From Acidobacteriota bacterium (GTDB lineage: Bacteria; Acidobacteriota; Terriglobia; Bryobacterales; Bryobacteraceae), in the NCBI GenBank assembly GCA_016213755.1, contig JACQZT010000200.1, positions 2,710 through 66,709 on the forward strand: a DNA stretch of 64,000 nucleotides, in the 5' to 3' direction. This document shows, one piece after another, positions 26,971 to 35,466 of this stretch. The first letter of the stretch is position 1. Every line of letters starts with the position of its first letter. The translations under genes and the position numbers were made by a program. Below the pieces are notes generated by a model. The model had not been told where the DNA came from and made no database searches. It saw only the letters and a program-made list of their open reading frames with translations.

Positions 26971-28165
26971 CAGATCGGCCCTCATCCTCGCGCCCGAAGC
27001 GCCCTACCCGGCGGTGGGCGGCGGGCCGCTGCGCACGGCGTCGCTGGTGGAGTACCTGGCGCGGCGCTTCACGGTGGACATCATCGTGTTTCGCGAGCCG
27101 TCCGCGCCACTCCCGCTCGCGGCGTTTACGGCCGGACTGGCGCGGCGCCAGGATGTCCTCCAACTCCCTTATCACGCCCGCCACTGGCCGGCGCGCGCCG
27201 GGCGAAACCTCTCCCGCCTGCTGCGAGGCGCTCCCCCGCTGAACGACCGCTTCGCGGGTTTCGGAGATGCCCTCAGCCGCCTTCTGGAAGGCCGCGCCTA
27301 CGACTTCGCCCTGGTCGAGCATTTCTGGTGCGCGCCCTACCTGGAACAAGTGGGCGCGGTGAGCCGCTCGGTGGCGCTGGATCTGCACAACCTCGAGTCG
27401 GTCCTGCTGGCGCGCACGGCGGACACCGAAACCGCCCCGGCGCGGCTCATGTTGCGCCGCTTCGCCGCCGCCAGCGCGGCGCTGGAGCGGCAATGGCTGC
27501 CGCGCTTCCCCTGGTTGCTGGTCACCAGCCGCCAGGACGCGGCCCGCGCGCGGGAGATCGCCCCGCGGGCGCAAATCCGCGTCTATCCGAATGCCCTCCC
27601 CTGGCGCGGCGTCCCCGCGGCCGAGAAGCAGGAAGCGATCGTGTTCTCCGGCAACCTGGAGTATCATCCCAACCGCGCGGCGGCCGAATTCTTCGCGCGT
27701 ACTGTTTGGCCCGGACTGCGCGCCCGCTGGCCCGATTTGCGCTGGCGGATCGTGGGCAAGAACCCGCACGCGTTGCGCGCGCTGGCGGCCGGCGACCCGC
27801 GCATCGAGCTTTCCGGCCCGGTGGAGGACGCGATTGCGGAGCTGGCCCGCGCCTCGGTGGCGGTGGCGCCCATGCTCTCCGGCAGCGGAACGCGGGTGAA
27901 AATCCTGGAGGCCTGGGCCGCGGCGCTCCCAGTGGTGTCCACGACCCTGGGCGCCGAAGGCCTGGAAGCGCGCGACGGCGAGCACCTGCTGCTGGCCGAC
28001 TCGGCGGAGGGCCTGCGCCGGGCCATCGACGGCCTGCTGGTCTCGCCGGCAAGGCGAGCCAGTCTCGGCGCCGCGGCGCGCCGCCTGTATGAGCGGAACT
28101 ACACCTGGGAGGCGGCCTGGCGGAGCCTGGACGAGGCGGGGCTGGAACCGGTTGTGGTGAAATAA
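26939..28165 (+). CDS. Glycosyltransferase family 4 (GT-B)
   Basis: Internal ATG of ORF 26777..28165, preceded by GAGAGG. It overlaps the previous GT4 by 32 nt. LILAPEAPYPAVGGGPLR... and SGSGTRVKILEAWAAALPVVST. Confidence 0.8.
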   Translation: MRKPSDASGADRSALILAPEAPYPAVGGGPLRTASLVEYLARRFTVDIIVFREPSAPLPLAAFTAGLARRQDVLQLPYHARHWPARAGRNLSRLLRGAPPLNDRFAGFGDALSRLLEGRAYDFALVEHFWCAPYLEQVGAVSRSVALDLHNLESVLLARTADTETAPARLMLRRFAAASAALERQWLPRFPWLLVTSRQDAARAREIAPRAQIRVYPNALPWRGVPAAEKQEAIVFSGNLEYHPNRAAAEFFARTVWPGLRARWPDLRWRIVGKNPHALRALAAGDPRIELSGPVEDAIAELARASVAVAPMLSGSGTRVKILEAWAAALPVVSTTLGAEGLEARDGEHLLLADSAEGLRRAIDGLLVSPARRASLGAAARRLYERNYTWEAAWRSLDEAGLEPVVVK

Positions 28166-28171
28166 ACTCTT

Positions 28172-28786
28172 ATGGATTTCGTCACCGGCAATCTCGGCTG
28201 GATCGAAGTGATCTGCGGCCCGATGTTCTCTGGCAAGAGCGAGGAGCTGATCCGGCGCCTGCGCCGCGCCATGATCGCGCGCAAACGCGTGCAGGTTTTT
28301 AAGCCCGTGATCGACGACCGCTACTCGCGCAAACAGATCGTCTCCCACGGCGACCAGCGGATGAACTCGGAAGTGGTCGCCGCACCGTCGGAAATCCTCG
28401 CCCGGCTTGATTGGCGCACGCAGGTGGTGGGCATCGACGAAGCGAATTTCCTGGGCGCCGAATTGGTCGAGATCGCCAGCCAGTTGGCGGACAGCGGCAA
28501 GCAGGTGATCGTCGGCGGCCTGGACACCGACTACCTCGGGCGGCCGTTCGCGCCCATCCCGGACTTGCTGGCGCTGGCCGAATCCATTACCAAAACGCTG
28601 GCCATCTGTATGCGCTGCGGCAACCCCGCCAAGCACACGCAGCGGCTGGTCGAGTCCGAGGACCTCATCGTGGTCGGCGCGGCGGGGATGTACGAAGCGC
28701 GCTGCCGCCGGTGTTTCGAGCCCGGCATCCCGAAACAGGAACTGCTGGAATTCGCCCGGCCGCGCCTGGAACGGGATAGCGAATGA
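28172..28786 (+). CDS. tdk: Thymidine kinase
   Basis: VICGPMFSGKSEELIRR (P-loop), VVGIDEANF, and the zinc site C-M-R-C ... C-R-R-C. Confidence 0.92.
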   Translation: MDFVTGNLGWIEVICGPMFSGKSEELIRRLRRAMIARKRVQVFKPVIDDRYSRKQIVSHGDQRMNSEVVAAPSEILARLDWRTQVVGIDEANFLGAELVEIASQLADSGKQVIVGGLDTDYLGRPFAPIPDLLALAESITKTLAICMRCGNPAKHTQRLVESEDLIVVGAAGMYEARCRRCFEPGIPKQELLEFARPRLERDSE

Positions 28787-28848
28787 CAGTAGGGATGTTA
28801 AACTGGCAGTAGTGAAGAAGTTGAGATGAGTGAAGGAGACTTGCAGCC

Positions 28849-29727
28849 GTGAGTGACTATACCCCCATGGCCCCGCCGCCCCCGCCGTCCGGCGGCTCGG
28901 GACTGAAGATTCCGATTCTGTTCGGCGCCGTGATTGCCCTGCTGGCCGCCAATGTGTACTTGTTCCTGCAACTGGACAAAGTGCGGACCGACGTATCCAA
29001 GAACCGCGAGGCCCTGGCCACTGAAATCGCGAACCTGCGCGAAACCTCTTCGGTGACCACGCAAACTTCCCGCCGCAACCTGGACACGCTGCGCGACGAG
29101 CTGGAAGCCGCCCGCCGGCAGGCCTCCATGGCCGCCGGTCAGGCCAAAGTGGAAGCGCAGAAACATGCCGACGACCTGGCCCGCCGCCTGGAGGTGGAGC
29201 AGAAGAAAGCCCAGCAGGCGGTGCAGGGTGAGATCAGCCAGGTGCGTGAAACCGCCACCGCCACCAGCAGCAAGCTGGGCGAGGTTTCGACCGAGGTCGG
29301 CAGCGTGAAAAGCGAAGTCGCGGCCACCAAGGGCGAACTCGAGAAAACTATCGCGGATCTCAAGCGCGTGACCGGCGACCTGGGTATGCAGAGCGGGCTG
29401 ATCGCCACCAACGGCAAGGAGATCGCGGCCCTGAAGGCGCTCGGCGACCGCAACATCTTCGAATTCACGCTGGGCAAGACCAAGGCCCCGCAACGCATCG
29501 GCGATATCGCCATGCAGCTTAAGAAGACCGATCCCAAGAAGAACAAGTACACCGTGGACGTCGTGGCCGACGACAAGAAGGTCGAGAAGAAAGACAAAGG
29601 CGTCAACGAGCCGGTGCAGTTCCTGGTGGCCAAGGCACAGGGCCGCCCTTACGAGATCGTGGTCAACGAGGTCAAGAAGGACATCATCGTGGGCTACCTG
29701 TCCACTCCCAAAGTGGTCGGGCGATAG
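28849..29727 (+). CDS. Membrane-anchored coiled-coil protein, function unknown
   Basis: GTG start (alternative ATG at 28867). Pro-rich N-terminus, one TM segment (IPILFGAVIALLAANVYLFL), a long heptad-like segment and a Lys-rich C-terminal domain. Confidence 0.65.
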   Translation: MSDYTPMAPPPPPSGGSGLKIPILFGAVIALLAANVYLFLQLDKVRTDVSKNREALATEIANLRETSSVTTQTSRRNLDTLRDELEAARRQASMAAGQAKVEAQKHADDLARRLEVEQKKAQQAVQGEISQVRETATATSSKLGEVSTEVGSVKSEVAATKGELEKTIADLKRVTGDLGMQSGLIATNGKEIAALKALGDRNIFEFTLGKTKAPQRIGDIAMQLKKTDPKKNKYTVDVVADDKKVEKKDKGVNEPVQFLVAKAQGRPYEIVVNEVKKDIIVGYLSTPKVVGR

Positions 29728-29733
29728 AGATCG

Positions 29734-29751
29734 GGCCGGGCGTGCCCGGCC
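29734..29751. terminator. Short GC hairpin between convergent genes (possible bidirectional terminator)
   Basis: GGCCGGG-CGTG-CCCGGCC: 7-bp stem with a tetraloop. There is no clear T-tract. Confidence 0.3.
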
Positions 29752-29752
29752 T

Positions 29753-30547
29753 CTACTCCAGGGTCAAGGCCGAAACCAGCAGCTTCTCCGGACGCCGCAC
29801 TTCGATTTTCATCCGCTCGCTCAGAGCCAGGTTGCCGCTCAGCGTGAGTATGTAGTGCGCGCGCAGCACCTCGAAAATGCGCGCTCCGGGCGCGTCCTCG
29901 GAGGCCCGTTTCATGTCCCGCAAGTTGAACGACGCCCCGCCGGTCTGCCGCGCCAGCGACTCGAACAATGATCGCCCCACGCCGGTCATGTAGACCGGAT
30001 AGATCGATACCTGGTTGCGCCGCGCCAGGCGAAACACTTCGCGCTCGCCGGTGCGGCTGGGCCCCTCGTAGCCGGTGCTGAGCAGGACAATGACGCGGCG
30101 CGACACGGTCCCCTGAAACCCTCCGTCCATGGCGGCGTACAGCGCGTCCAGCACCCGCGGGCTGTTGCCGAATTTCACTCCCGCCACGGCCCGCGACAGC
30201 AGTTCCCGGCTGGAGGTGAAATCCTGGATCAGGGTGGCCGACGAGTCGAAGGCCACCACCGCCATTTGCTCCTTATCCTGCAACTGGCCGATCAGGTTGC
30301 CGGCCACTGGCAGCACGGCGCCGCCGGCCAGGCTGGTATCGAGCAGCAGCATCGCGTCGATCGGTCCGCTGGAGTGCTCGGCCAACTCCACGCGCCGCGG
30401 AACACGGTCGTCGAGCACCGAGAAGTCGCCCGCTTTGAGATCCCGCACCGGCCGCCCGGATTTCTGCTCCACCACCGTGACCAGCACCCGGGTCGCGGCC
30501 GGAGCCGGCAGCGCGAGCAGCACCAGGAGCAGGGCGCGGTTCCTCAT
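29753..30547 (-). CDS. Secreted VWA-domain protein (Acidobacterial VWFA-related, TIGR03436-like)
   Basis: Signal peptide MRNRALLLVLLALPAPAA. N-terminal beta segment VLVTVVEQKSGRPVRDLKAGDFSVLDD, then a VWA core LLLDTSLAG...VVAFDS. The MIDAS motif reads D-T-S-L-A, so the second Ser of DxSxS is absent. The start overlaps the stop of the upstream gene (ATGA). Confidence 0.8.
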   Translation of the reverse strand: MRNRALLLVLLALPAPAATRVLVTVVEQKSGRPVRDLKAGDFSVLDDRVPRRVELAEHSSGPIDAMLLLDTSLAGGAVLPVAGNLIGQLQDKEQMAVVAFDSSATLIQDFTSSRELLSRAVAGVKFGNSPRVLDALYAAMDGGFQGTVSRRVIVLLSTGYEGPSRTGEREVFRLARRNQVSIYPVYMTGVGRSLFESLARQTGGASFNLRDMKRASEDAPGARIFEVLRAHYILTLSGNLALSERMKIEVRRPEKLLVSALTLE

Positions 30548-31785
30548 TCCGCTTTCCGCGCGCCCTCCTGCTTGCCCTCGGCGCCGGTAGCAACGCGAAC
30601 CTTGGTCCCGGTATCCAGGCGCGCCACCTGCGTGGTGGCCACCCGGTCGCCCACCTCCAGCCCCTCGACAATCTCCACTTCCTGGTCGAAGCGGTCGCCC
30701 AGCTTCACTTCGCGCGCTTCCACCTGGTCGCCGCGCACGATGTACGCTTTGTTGGAACCGAGCACGTAGTTCACCGCGCGCACCGGCACCAGGCGGATCT
30801 GGTCGATCTTCTCGGTCGGCACCCGCGCGCGGGCGTAGGAACCAGGCTTCAGCGTCCCGCCCGGGTTGTCGATCAGCGCTTCAATCAGGAAGGTGCGTTT
30901 GGACTGTTCGACAGTGGGTGAGATGCGCCAGATCTTGCCGTGAAAAACCCGGTCCGAATACGCCTCCAGGACCACCTCCGTGGTCTGGCCGCTTTTGACC
31001 CAGGGGGCCATGCGTTCGGGAATCTCCAGCCGCAGCCGGATCGGATCGATCTTCACCAGCGTCAGCAGCGGCGTATTGGTGCGCACGTATTGTCCGACCG
31101 CGACCTGCCGGTCCTTGACCGCGGCGGCGAAAGGCGCACGCACGATGGTATCGCGCAGTTTCTTACGCTGCAAGTCCAGCACGGCCCTGAATCGTTCCAC
31201 TTCGCGGATCAGGTTGCGGGTCTGGTTCAGCATCGCGTCGTAAGCCGCCTGCATGGTGCCGAGCCGCGCCTGGGCCTGGTCCAGATCCGCCTGGGAAGCG
31301 ATGCCCTGGTCCACCAGGTTTCGCGCGCGCTTGTAACGCTGCTCGGCATCGGTCAGCTCCGCCTGGGCACGCCGCACTTCGGGCGTCTCGCGAATGTCCT
31401 TGACCTTGTCCGTTTCGTCCTTCAATCCCAGCCGCTCGAGAGACTGCCGCAATTGCGCCTCGTTCTGCGCCACCACGTAACGCTGCTCCTCGTCGAGAAT
31501 CCGCACCATGACTTGGCCGGGCGTCACTTGGTCTCCCAGATCGACGTTCACCTGCTCGATGCGGCCTTCCACCTCCGCGCTGACAATGATCTCCTCGAAG
31601 GGAAAAAGGGTCCCCACCGACTCCACCACGCGCCGCATCTCGCGCGTGATCACCGGCGCCACACGCACCGCGATGGGACCCGTGTCCTGTTTGGTGACCG
31701 CGGCCTTCTGCCGGCTGCATCCGCTGAATACAATTGTAAGGCTCGCCAGGGCGAGCCACTTCCGTATAGACATGAGTTCGCTCAT
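30544..31785 (-). CDS. Membrane-fusion (HlyD/MacA/AcrA-type periplasmic adaptor) lipoprotein
   Basis: The first ATG is at 31785, with an alternative at 31773; the ORF-track start at 31815 is GTG. Lipobox LTIVFSGC. A coiled-coil hairpin is flanked by lipoyl-like and beta-barrel segments (VSAEVEGRIEQVNVDLGDQVTPGQVM..., IVRAPFAAAVKDRQVAVGQYV). Confidence 0.85.
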   Translation of the reverse strand: MSELMSIRKWLALASLTIVFSGCSRQKAAVTKQDTGPIAVRVAPVITREMRRVVESVGTLFPFEEIIVSAEVEGRIEQVNVDLGDQVTPGQVMVRILDEEQRYVVAQNEAQLRQSLERLGLKDETDKVKDIRETPEVRRAQAELTDAEQRYKRARNLVDQGIASQADLDQAQARLGTMQAAYDAMLNQTRNLIREVERFRAVLDLQRKKLRDTIVRAPFAAAVKDRQVAVGQYVRTNTPLLTLVKIDPIRLRLEIPERMAPWVKSGQTTEVVLEAYSDRVFHGKIWRISPTVEQSKRTFLIEALIDNPGGTLKPGSYARARVPTEKIDQIRLVPVRAVNYVLGSNKAYIVRGDQVEAREVKLGDRFDQEVEIVEGLEVGDRVATTQVARLDTGTKVRVATGAEGKQEGARKAE

Positions 31786-31858
31786 CTTGTAGCTTAGCGC
31801 TTTGCAGCGCGGCACGAGAATAGAATAACGCTATTCGCGGGGGCGGGGTTACGGGCGA

Positions 31859-32128
31859 TCAGAGCAGCAGAAACCCGGTTTCGACCTGGCCGGCCAGAAT
31901 GCGGTTCCAGATCACCCGGGCATCGCCTTCCAGCGTGGAATAGCGGAAGTGCACGTTCTGGCCCGGCTCCAGCAGCGGGTAAGAGTGCTGGGCGCGGAAA
32001 CCCCGGTGGCTGACGTCTATCAGGCGCCCCTGGAATTCGCGCGGCGCCGGGTGATATATCATGAGGGTCAAACCGCCCTCCAGCGCTTCCCGGATCTCGC
32101 TGCGTCGGTCGTCGCTTGGCTCGGGCAT
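31859..32128 (-). CDS. Stand-alone PilZ-domain protein (predicted c-di-GMP receptor)
   Basis: 89 aa. RRSEIR (RRxxxR) at residues 8-13 and DVSHRG (DxSxxG) about 25 residues later. It begins 8 nt after the stop of the sigma-54 activator gene. Confidence 0.75.
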   Translation of the reverse strand: MPEPSDDRRSEIREALEGGLTLMIYHPAPREFQGRLIDVSHRGFRAQHSYPLLEPGQNVHFRYSTLEGDARVIWNRILAGQVETGFLLL

Positions 32129-32135
32129 GCCGCAC

Positions 32136-33107
32136 CTATGTCGCGCAGGCCTTGCTCGAGCTTTCCAGCCGGTAGACCTTCAGCTTGCGCGCCAGAGTTC
32201 GCCGCGAGATGCCCAGCATCCGGGCGGCCCGCTGCTGGTGTCCGCCGGTGCTGGCCAGGGTGTTCATGATCAGCTTGCGTTCCACGCAGTCGATCCGCGA
32301 GCCCGCCGCGGCCGGCGGCGGCTCCACCCGGCAGGTCCGTCCGGTGACTTCAGCAGGCAGGTCGGCCAGTTCCACCAGGGGATGGGTCGAAAACACGATC
32401 GTCTTCAGGATTACGTTGCGCAACTGGCGCACGTTGCCCGGCCAGTGATACTCGGTGAGAGCGCGGACGGCGTCCGCGGACAGGCGCATTTCCGGGTTGC
32501 CGCGCCGCAGGTAAAACAAGGCCAGCGGCAGGACGTCCTCGGGCCGTTCGCGGAGCGCGGGAACCCGGATGCAGATCTGGCCCAGCCGGTGGTAGAGGTC
32601 TCCCCGGAACTGCCCGCTTTCGATGCCGGCGAGCAGGTCCCGGTTGCTGGCCGCCACAATGCGCACGTCCACAAAGATCTTGCGCGTGCTCCCCAGGCGG
32701 TAGTACCCGGCGCCGTCCAACACCCGCAGCAGCTTTACTTGCAATCGGGGATCCAATTCGCCGACCTCGTCCAGAAACAGCGTCCCCGTATGGGCCGCCT
32801 CGAACAGTCCCGGCTTGGCCGCCTCGGCGCCGCTGAAGGCGCCTTTCTCATGCCCGAACAGCTCGCTCTCGATCAGGCTTTCGGGCAAGGCCGCGCAACT
32901 GACGTCCACCCACGGCCGGCTGCACCGCAAAGAGAAGTGGTGCACGGCGCGCGCCACCAGTTCCTTGCCGCTGCCGCTTTCGCCTTCCACCAGGACCGCG
33001 GCGTCGGAACGGGCCGCTCGCTCGGTTCTCTCAAACACCTCGCGCATGGCCCGGCTGTGGATTACAGCGGGCATACCAAGAACGTCGATGGAAACACTCA
33101 GGCCCAC
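32136..33107 (-). CDS. Sigma-54-dependent transcriptional activator (bEBP) lacking an N-terminal sensory/receiver domain (PspF-like architecture)
   Basis: GTG start (alternative ATG at 33074). The AAA+ core starts within about 15 aa. Walker A GESGSGKE, Walker B LFLDEVGEL, sigma-54 contact loop GAFSGA (a GAFTGA variant), WPGNVRQL, and a C-terminal Fis-type HTH AARMLGISRRTLARKLK. Confidence 0.9.
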   Translation of the reverse strand: MGLSVSIDVLGMPAVIHSRAMREVFERTERAARSDAAVLVEGESGSGKELVARAVHHFSLRCSRPWVDVSCAALPESLIESELFGHEKGAFSGAEAAKPGLFEAAHTGTLFLDEVGELDPRLQVKLLRVLDGAGYYRLGSTRKIFVDVRIVAASNRDLLAGIESGQFRGDLYHRLGQICIRVPALRERPEDVLPLALFYLRRGNPEMRLSADAVRALTEYHWPGNVRQLRNVILKTIVFSTHPLVELADLPAEVTGRTCRVEPPPAAAGSRIDCVERKLIMNTLASTGGHQQRAARMLGISRRTLARKLKVYRLESSSKACAT

Positions 33108-33187
33108 TCACTCTACACTTTCGGCTCAAAGAGCAGCCCGCCACCTAAGGCAAACCCCCGACTCGCCGCCCCCGAACCACCCTACAA

Positions 33188-33274
33188 AAACCGGGACAGG
33201 CAGCGCTTTCCCATTTTTAAGTCCAATGGTTTCAACGCATCTCAAAAATGGGAAAGTGCTGCCTGTCCCGGTTT
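33188..33274. repeat. Long near-perfect palindrome: about 31-bp stem (one G-T pair), 25-nt loop. It may act as a terminator for the cupin operon.
   Basis: AAACCGGGACAGGCAGCGCTTTCCCATTTTT ... AAAAATGGGAAAGTGCTGCCTGTCCCGGTTT. It begins 1 nt after the cupin stop codon. On the minus strand it is followed by TTTTTG. Confidence 0.6.
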
Positions 33275-33275
33275 C

Positions 33276-33743
33276 TTACTTTTCGATCTTGACGATCATG
33301 TAGGTGAACGGCTTGGCGCCCGGCGCCAGCACCACTTGGTGCGGCGTGTTGGCGGGGATGTGGGCCACGTCGCCGGGGAGGAGTTTCTTCTTCACTCCGC
33401 CCTCGATGGACGTGCCGCGGATTTCACCCGGCCCGGTGCTTTTTCCGCCCACCACCTTTCCGCCCACCACCAGCGTGGCCTCGCCGGCGCTGACAACAAA
33501 AATGTCGGCCACGGTTTCGTGGACTTCGGCTTCGCCGCTCGCCTCCCGATAGGCGACCATCGCCGAATGCCGGCCGAACTTGCCAAGCTGCTCGGTAGCC
33601 ACCTTCTGCTCGTTCATCTTGGGCGCCAGCTTCTTGCCGTAGGCCCTCATTTCGGCCGCGGGCCAGGATACAAATCCAGCAGGTTCGGCCGCTCCCAGCG
33701 GCAGCGCGCCGCAGGCCAGCAAAGTCATTGCGATTCGTTTCAC
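33276..33743 (-). CDS. Secreted cupin-domain protein
   Basis: GTG start preceded by AAGGAGAA. Signal peptide MKRIAMTLLACGALPLGAA. Cupin core HETVADIFVVSAGEATLVVGG...GDVAHIPANTPHQV. Confidence 0.75.
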   Translation of the reverse strand: MKRIAMTLLACGALPLGAAEPAGFVSWPAAEMRAYGKKLAPKMNEQKVATEQLGKFGRHSAMVAYREASGEAEVHETVADIFVVSAGEATLVVGGKVVGGKSTGPGEIRGTSIEGGVKKKLLPGDVAHIPANTPHQVVLAPGAKPFTYMIVKIEK

Positions 33744-33756
33744 GATCCTATTCTCC

Positions 33757-34896
33757 TTAAGCGGGTAATTTCACGCGCGGGATGCGTTCTTCGATGGGCG
33801 CCAGCGCCGGGAAGTCGGTGTACGGCTTGTCCTGGTACCAGTAACCGACCGAATACCAGTTGTCGCCGCGGTCGTTGGCATGCCCGTGTTCCAGGGTGTG
33901 TTTCAGGTAGCGGGTGAAGGTGACCGGGTTGTCTCCGTGCCAGCGATAGCAGCAGTAACGGCCGCCGGTGCGCTCGGGCATGATAATCAGGGGCGCCCCG
34001 TAGTAGTGATGGCCGAAGGGGATGGCGCCATCGCGGCCGCCGAAGTTCCAGCTTCCCAGAAAGTAGTCCTCACTGCCAGTGCCGACGATGGCGGGCTTGG
34101 ATTCGTCGTCGATAAAGATCATGTCGTCGCCTTCTCCCATCCACCCGTCGGCGTTGAGCAGCACGCCCAGTGTCATGCCCATCAACTGTCCCCGCCCGCG
34201 CGCCTCGCACACGACGTGGTTCAGCTTGCCGTCCGGATTCTTGCCTCCGGGCAGGCGCTGCGGCTGGCAGGGCGCCGCCTGGCGGTACTGCGCGTGGAAG
34301 TAGAGCGCATCCGCCGGCAGCGCATCGACGCCGATGTAGTCGATGTTGGAGTAGAACGCGCCCACGTCCCCCTTGCCCTCGTTGGTCACGGTCATGCGCG
34401 CCGACGTGCGGTAGGGCATGGCGAAGTAGCAGTTCAGCGAGCGGCCGGGTGAGCAGGCCAGGTAGGCCGACTGGTAAATCACGTACTGGCCCAGGTTGAG
34501 GCCGAAGAAATCGCCCACCGGGGTCTCCACCGAGGGCTTCGGATTGCCGTCCCACCACACCCGCAGGACCAGTTCTTTCAGGTGGTGGACGCTCTGCGCC
34601 GCGATGGTGAACCAGATGTGAGTGATGACCCCCGGGCCTTTCTGGTTGAACAGCTCCTGCGTGGCGCCGGCTTTGATGGGCCAGCGGTCGGCGTTGCCGC
34701 CGGTGGTATCGTAGCTGGACTGCTTGAGCGAGCGGTAATTCTGCGCCCGCGCGTAGGAGGGAAGGAAGGCATCGCCGCGTCCGCCCCGTCCCGGGGCCTG
34801 CGCCTGCAAGGCCGCCGTCGAGGCGGCCGCGCCGCCGGAAAAGGTTAACAAGCGCCGCAAAAAGCCCCGCCGTCCGGCGCCGGAATCGGTTTGCAT
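33757..34896 (-). CDS. DUF2961 / glycoside hydrolase family 172-like protein with Tat signal
   Basis: AAGGAGAA RBS. RRGFLRRLLTFSGGAAA is a twin-arginine signal. ITHIWFTI, GEGDDMIFIDDE and GTGSEDYF blocks are typical of DUF2961. Confidence 0.8.
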   Translation of the reverse strand: MQTDSGAGRRGFLRRLLTFSGGAAASTAALQAQAPGRGGRGDAFLPSYARAQNYRSLKQSSYDTTGGNADRWPIKAGATQELFNQKGPGVITHIWFTIAAQSVHHLKELVLRVWWDGNPKPSVETPVGDFFGLNLGQYVIYQSAYLACSPGRSLNCYFAMPYRTSARMTVTNEGKGDVGAFYSNIDYIGVDALPADALYFHAQYRQAAPCQPQRLPGGKNPDGKLNHVVCEARGRGQLMGMTLGVLLNADGWMGEGDDMIFIDDESKPAIVGTGSEDYFLGSWNFGGRDGAIPFGHHYYGAPLIIMPERTGGRYCCYRWHGDNPVTFTRYLKHTLEHGHANDRGDNWYSVGYWYQDKPYTDFPALAPIEERIPRVKLPA

Positions 34897-34920
34897 AGGT
34901 TCTCCTTGGAACGAAAGAAT

Positions 34921-35466
34921 TCAGAGCCCGAGAGCCGGATTATATCGGAAACGGCGGCCGGGATGGTAGCCCACCAGCCGTTTGTAACTCTCCAGCGCGT
35001 TGTAGACGATGGGGCAAAACCAGGCGTGGCGGCACAGCGACTCGAGGCGCGCGCCGAGCGAGTGGTCGCCCCGCGACAGGTGGGGAAACCCGCGGCAGGC
35101 CGCCGGCCGGGCGTCGTAGATGAGGCACAGGTTGCGGTGCAGGAAGGTGCAGGCGTCGTGCCGGTTGAGCAGTATCCGGGCCGTTGAATCGGCTGGGTCG
35201 GGCGCCGTGTGCCGGTGGACGATGTCGCCAGCCGACTCGCCCAGGTGGCACGCGATGGCCGCAATCTCCGCCGGGCTGACGTCGACCGCCGTGTAGCGGC
35301 AGCAGTTGGCGCACTGGGTACAGTCGAAGCGCTTCTGGATCTCGGCCGCCAGAAGCTGAAACGGCTCGATGGGATAATGATGGGCGCACAGATAGCGGCG
35401 GAAATCCAGGTTTTCCGCCCGCTTCGCCTCCGCCAGCCGGCGGACTTCGTCCAGGCCGGTGACCAC
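34921..35466 (-). CDS. YkgJ-family (UPF0153) cysteine-cluster protein
   Basis: CTQCANCC motif plus the later Cys residues ACTFL...LCLIYDARPAACRGFP. GTG start. Two overlapping ORFs in other frames are rejected. Confidence 0.7.
   Translation of the reverse strand: MVTGLDEVRRLAEAKRAENLDFRRYLCAHHYPIEPFQLLAAEIQKRFDCTQCANCCRYTAVDVSPAEIAAIACHLGESAGDIVHRHTAPDPADSTARILLNRHDACTFLHRNLCLIYDARPAACRGFPHLSRGDHSLGARLESLCRHAWFCPIVYNALESYKRLVGYHPGRRFRYNPALGL

Noticed and set aside
26900-28636. 578-aa minus-strand ORF
   Set aside because: It is antisense to the second GT4 gene and tdk, both of which have diagnostic motifs.
31802-31816. TTGCA-GCGC-GGCACG, which resembles the sigma-54 promoter elements, just upstream of the adaptor gene
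   Set aside because: The -12-like (TTGCA) and -24-like (GGCAC) elements are in the wrong order and spacing on either strand for a GG-N10-GC promoter. Other TGGCAC occurrences I checked (for example near 1830, 8011, 21881 and 35231) also fail the spacing rule or lie inside genes.
32061-33917. 618-aa plus-strand ORF
   Set aside because: It is antisense to the sigma-54 activator, cupin and GH172 genes, and it also crosses the long palindrome.
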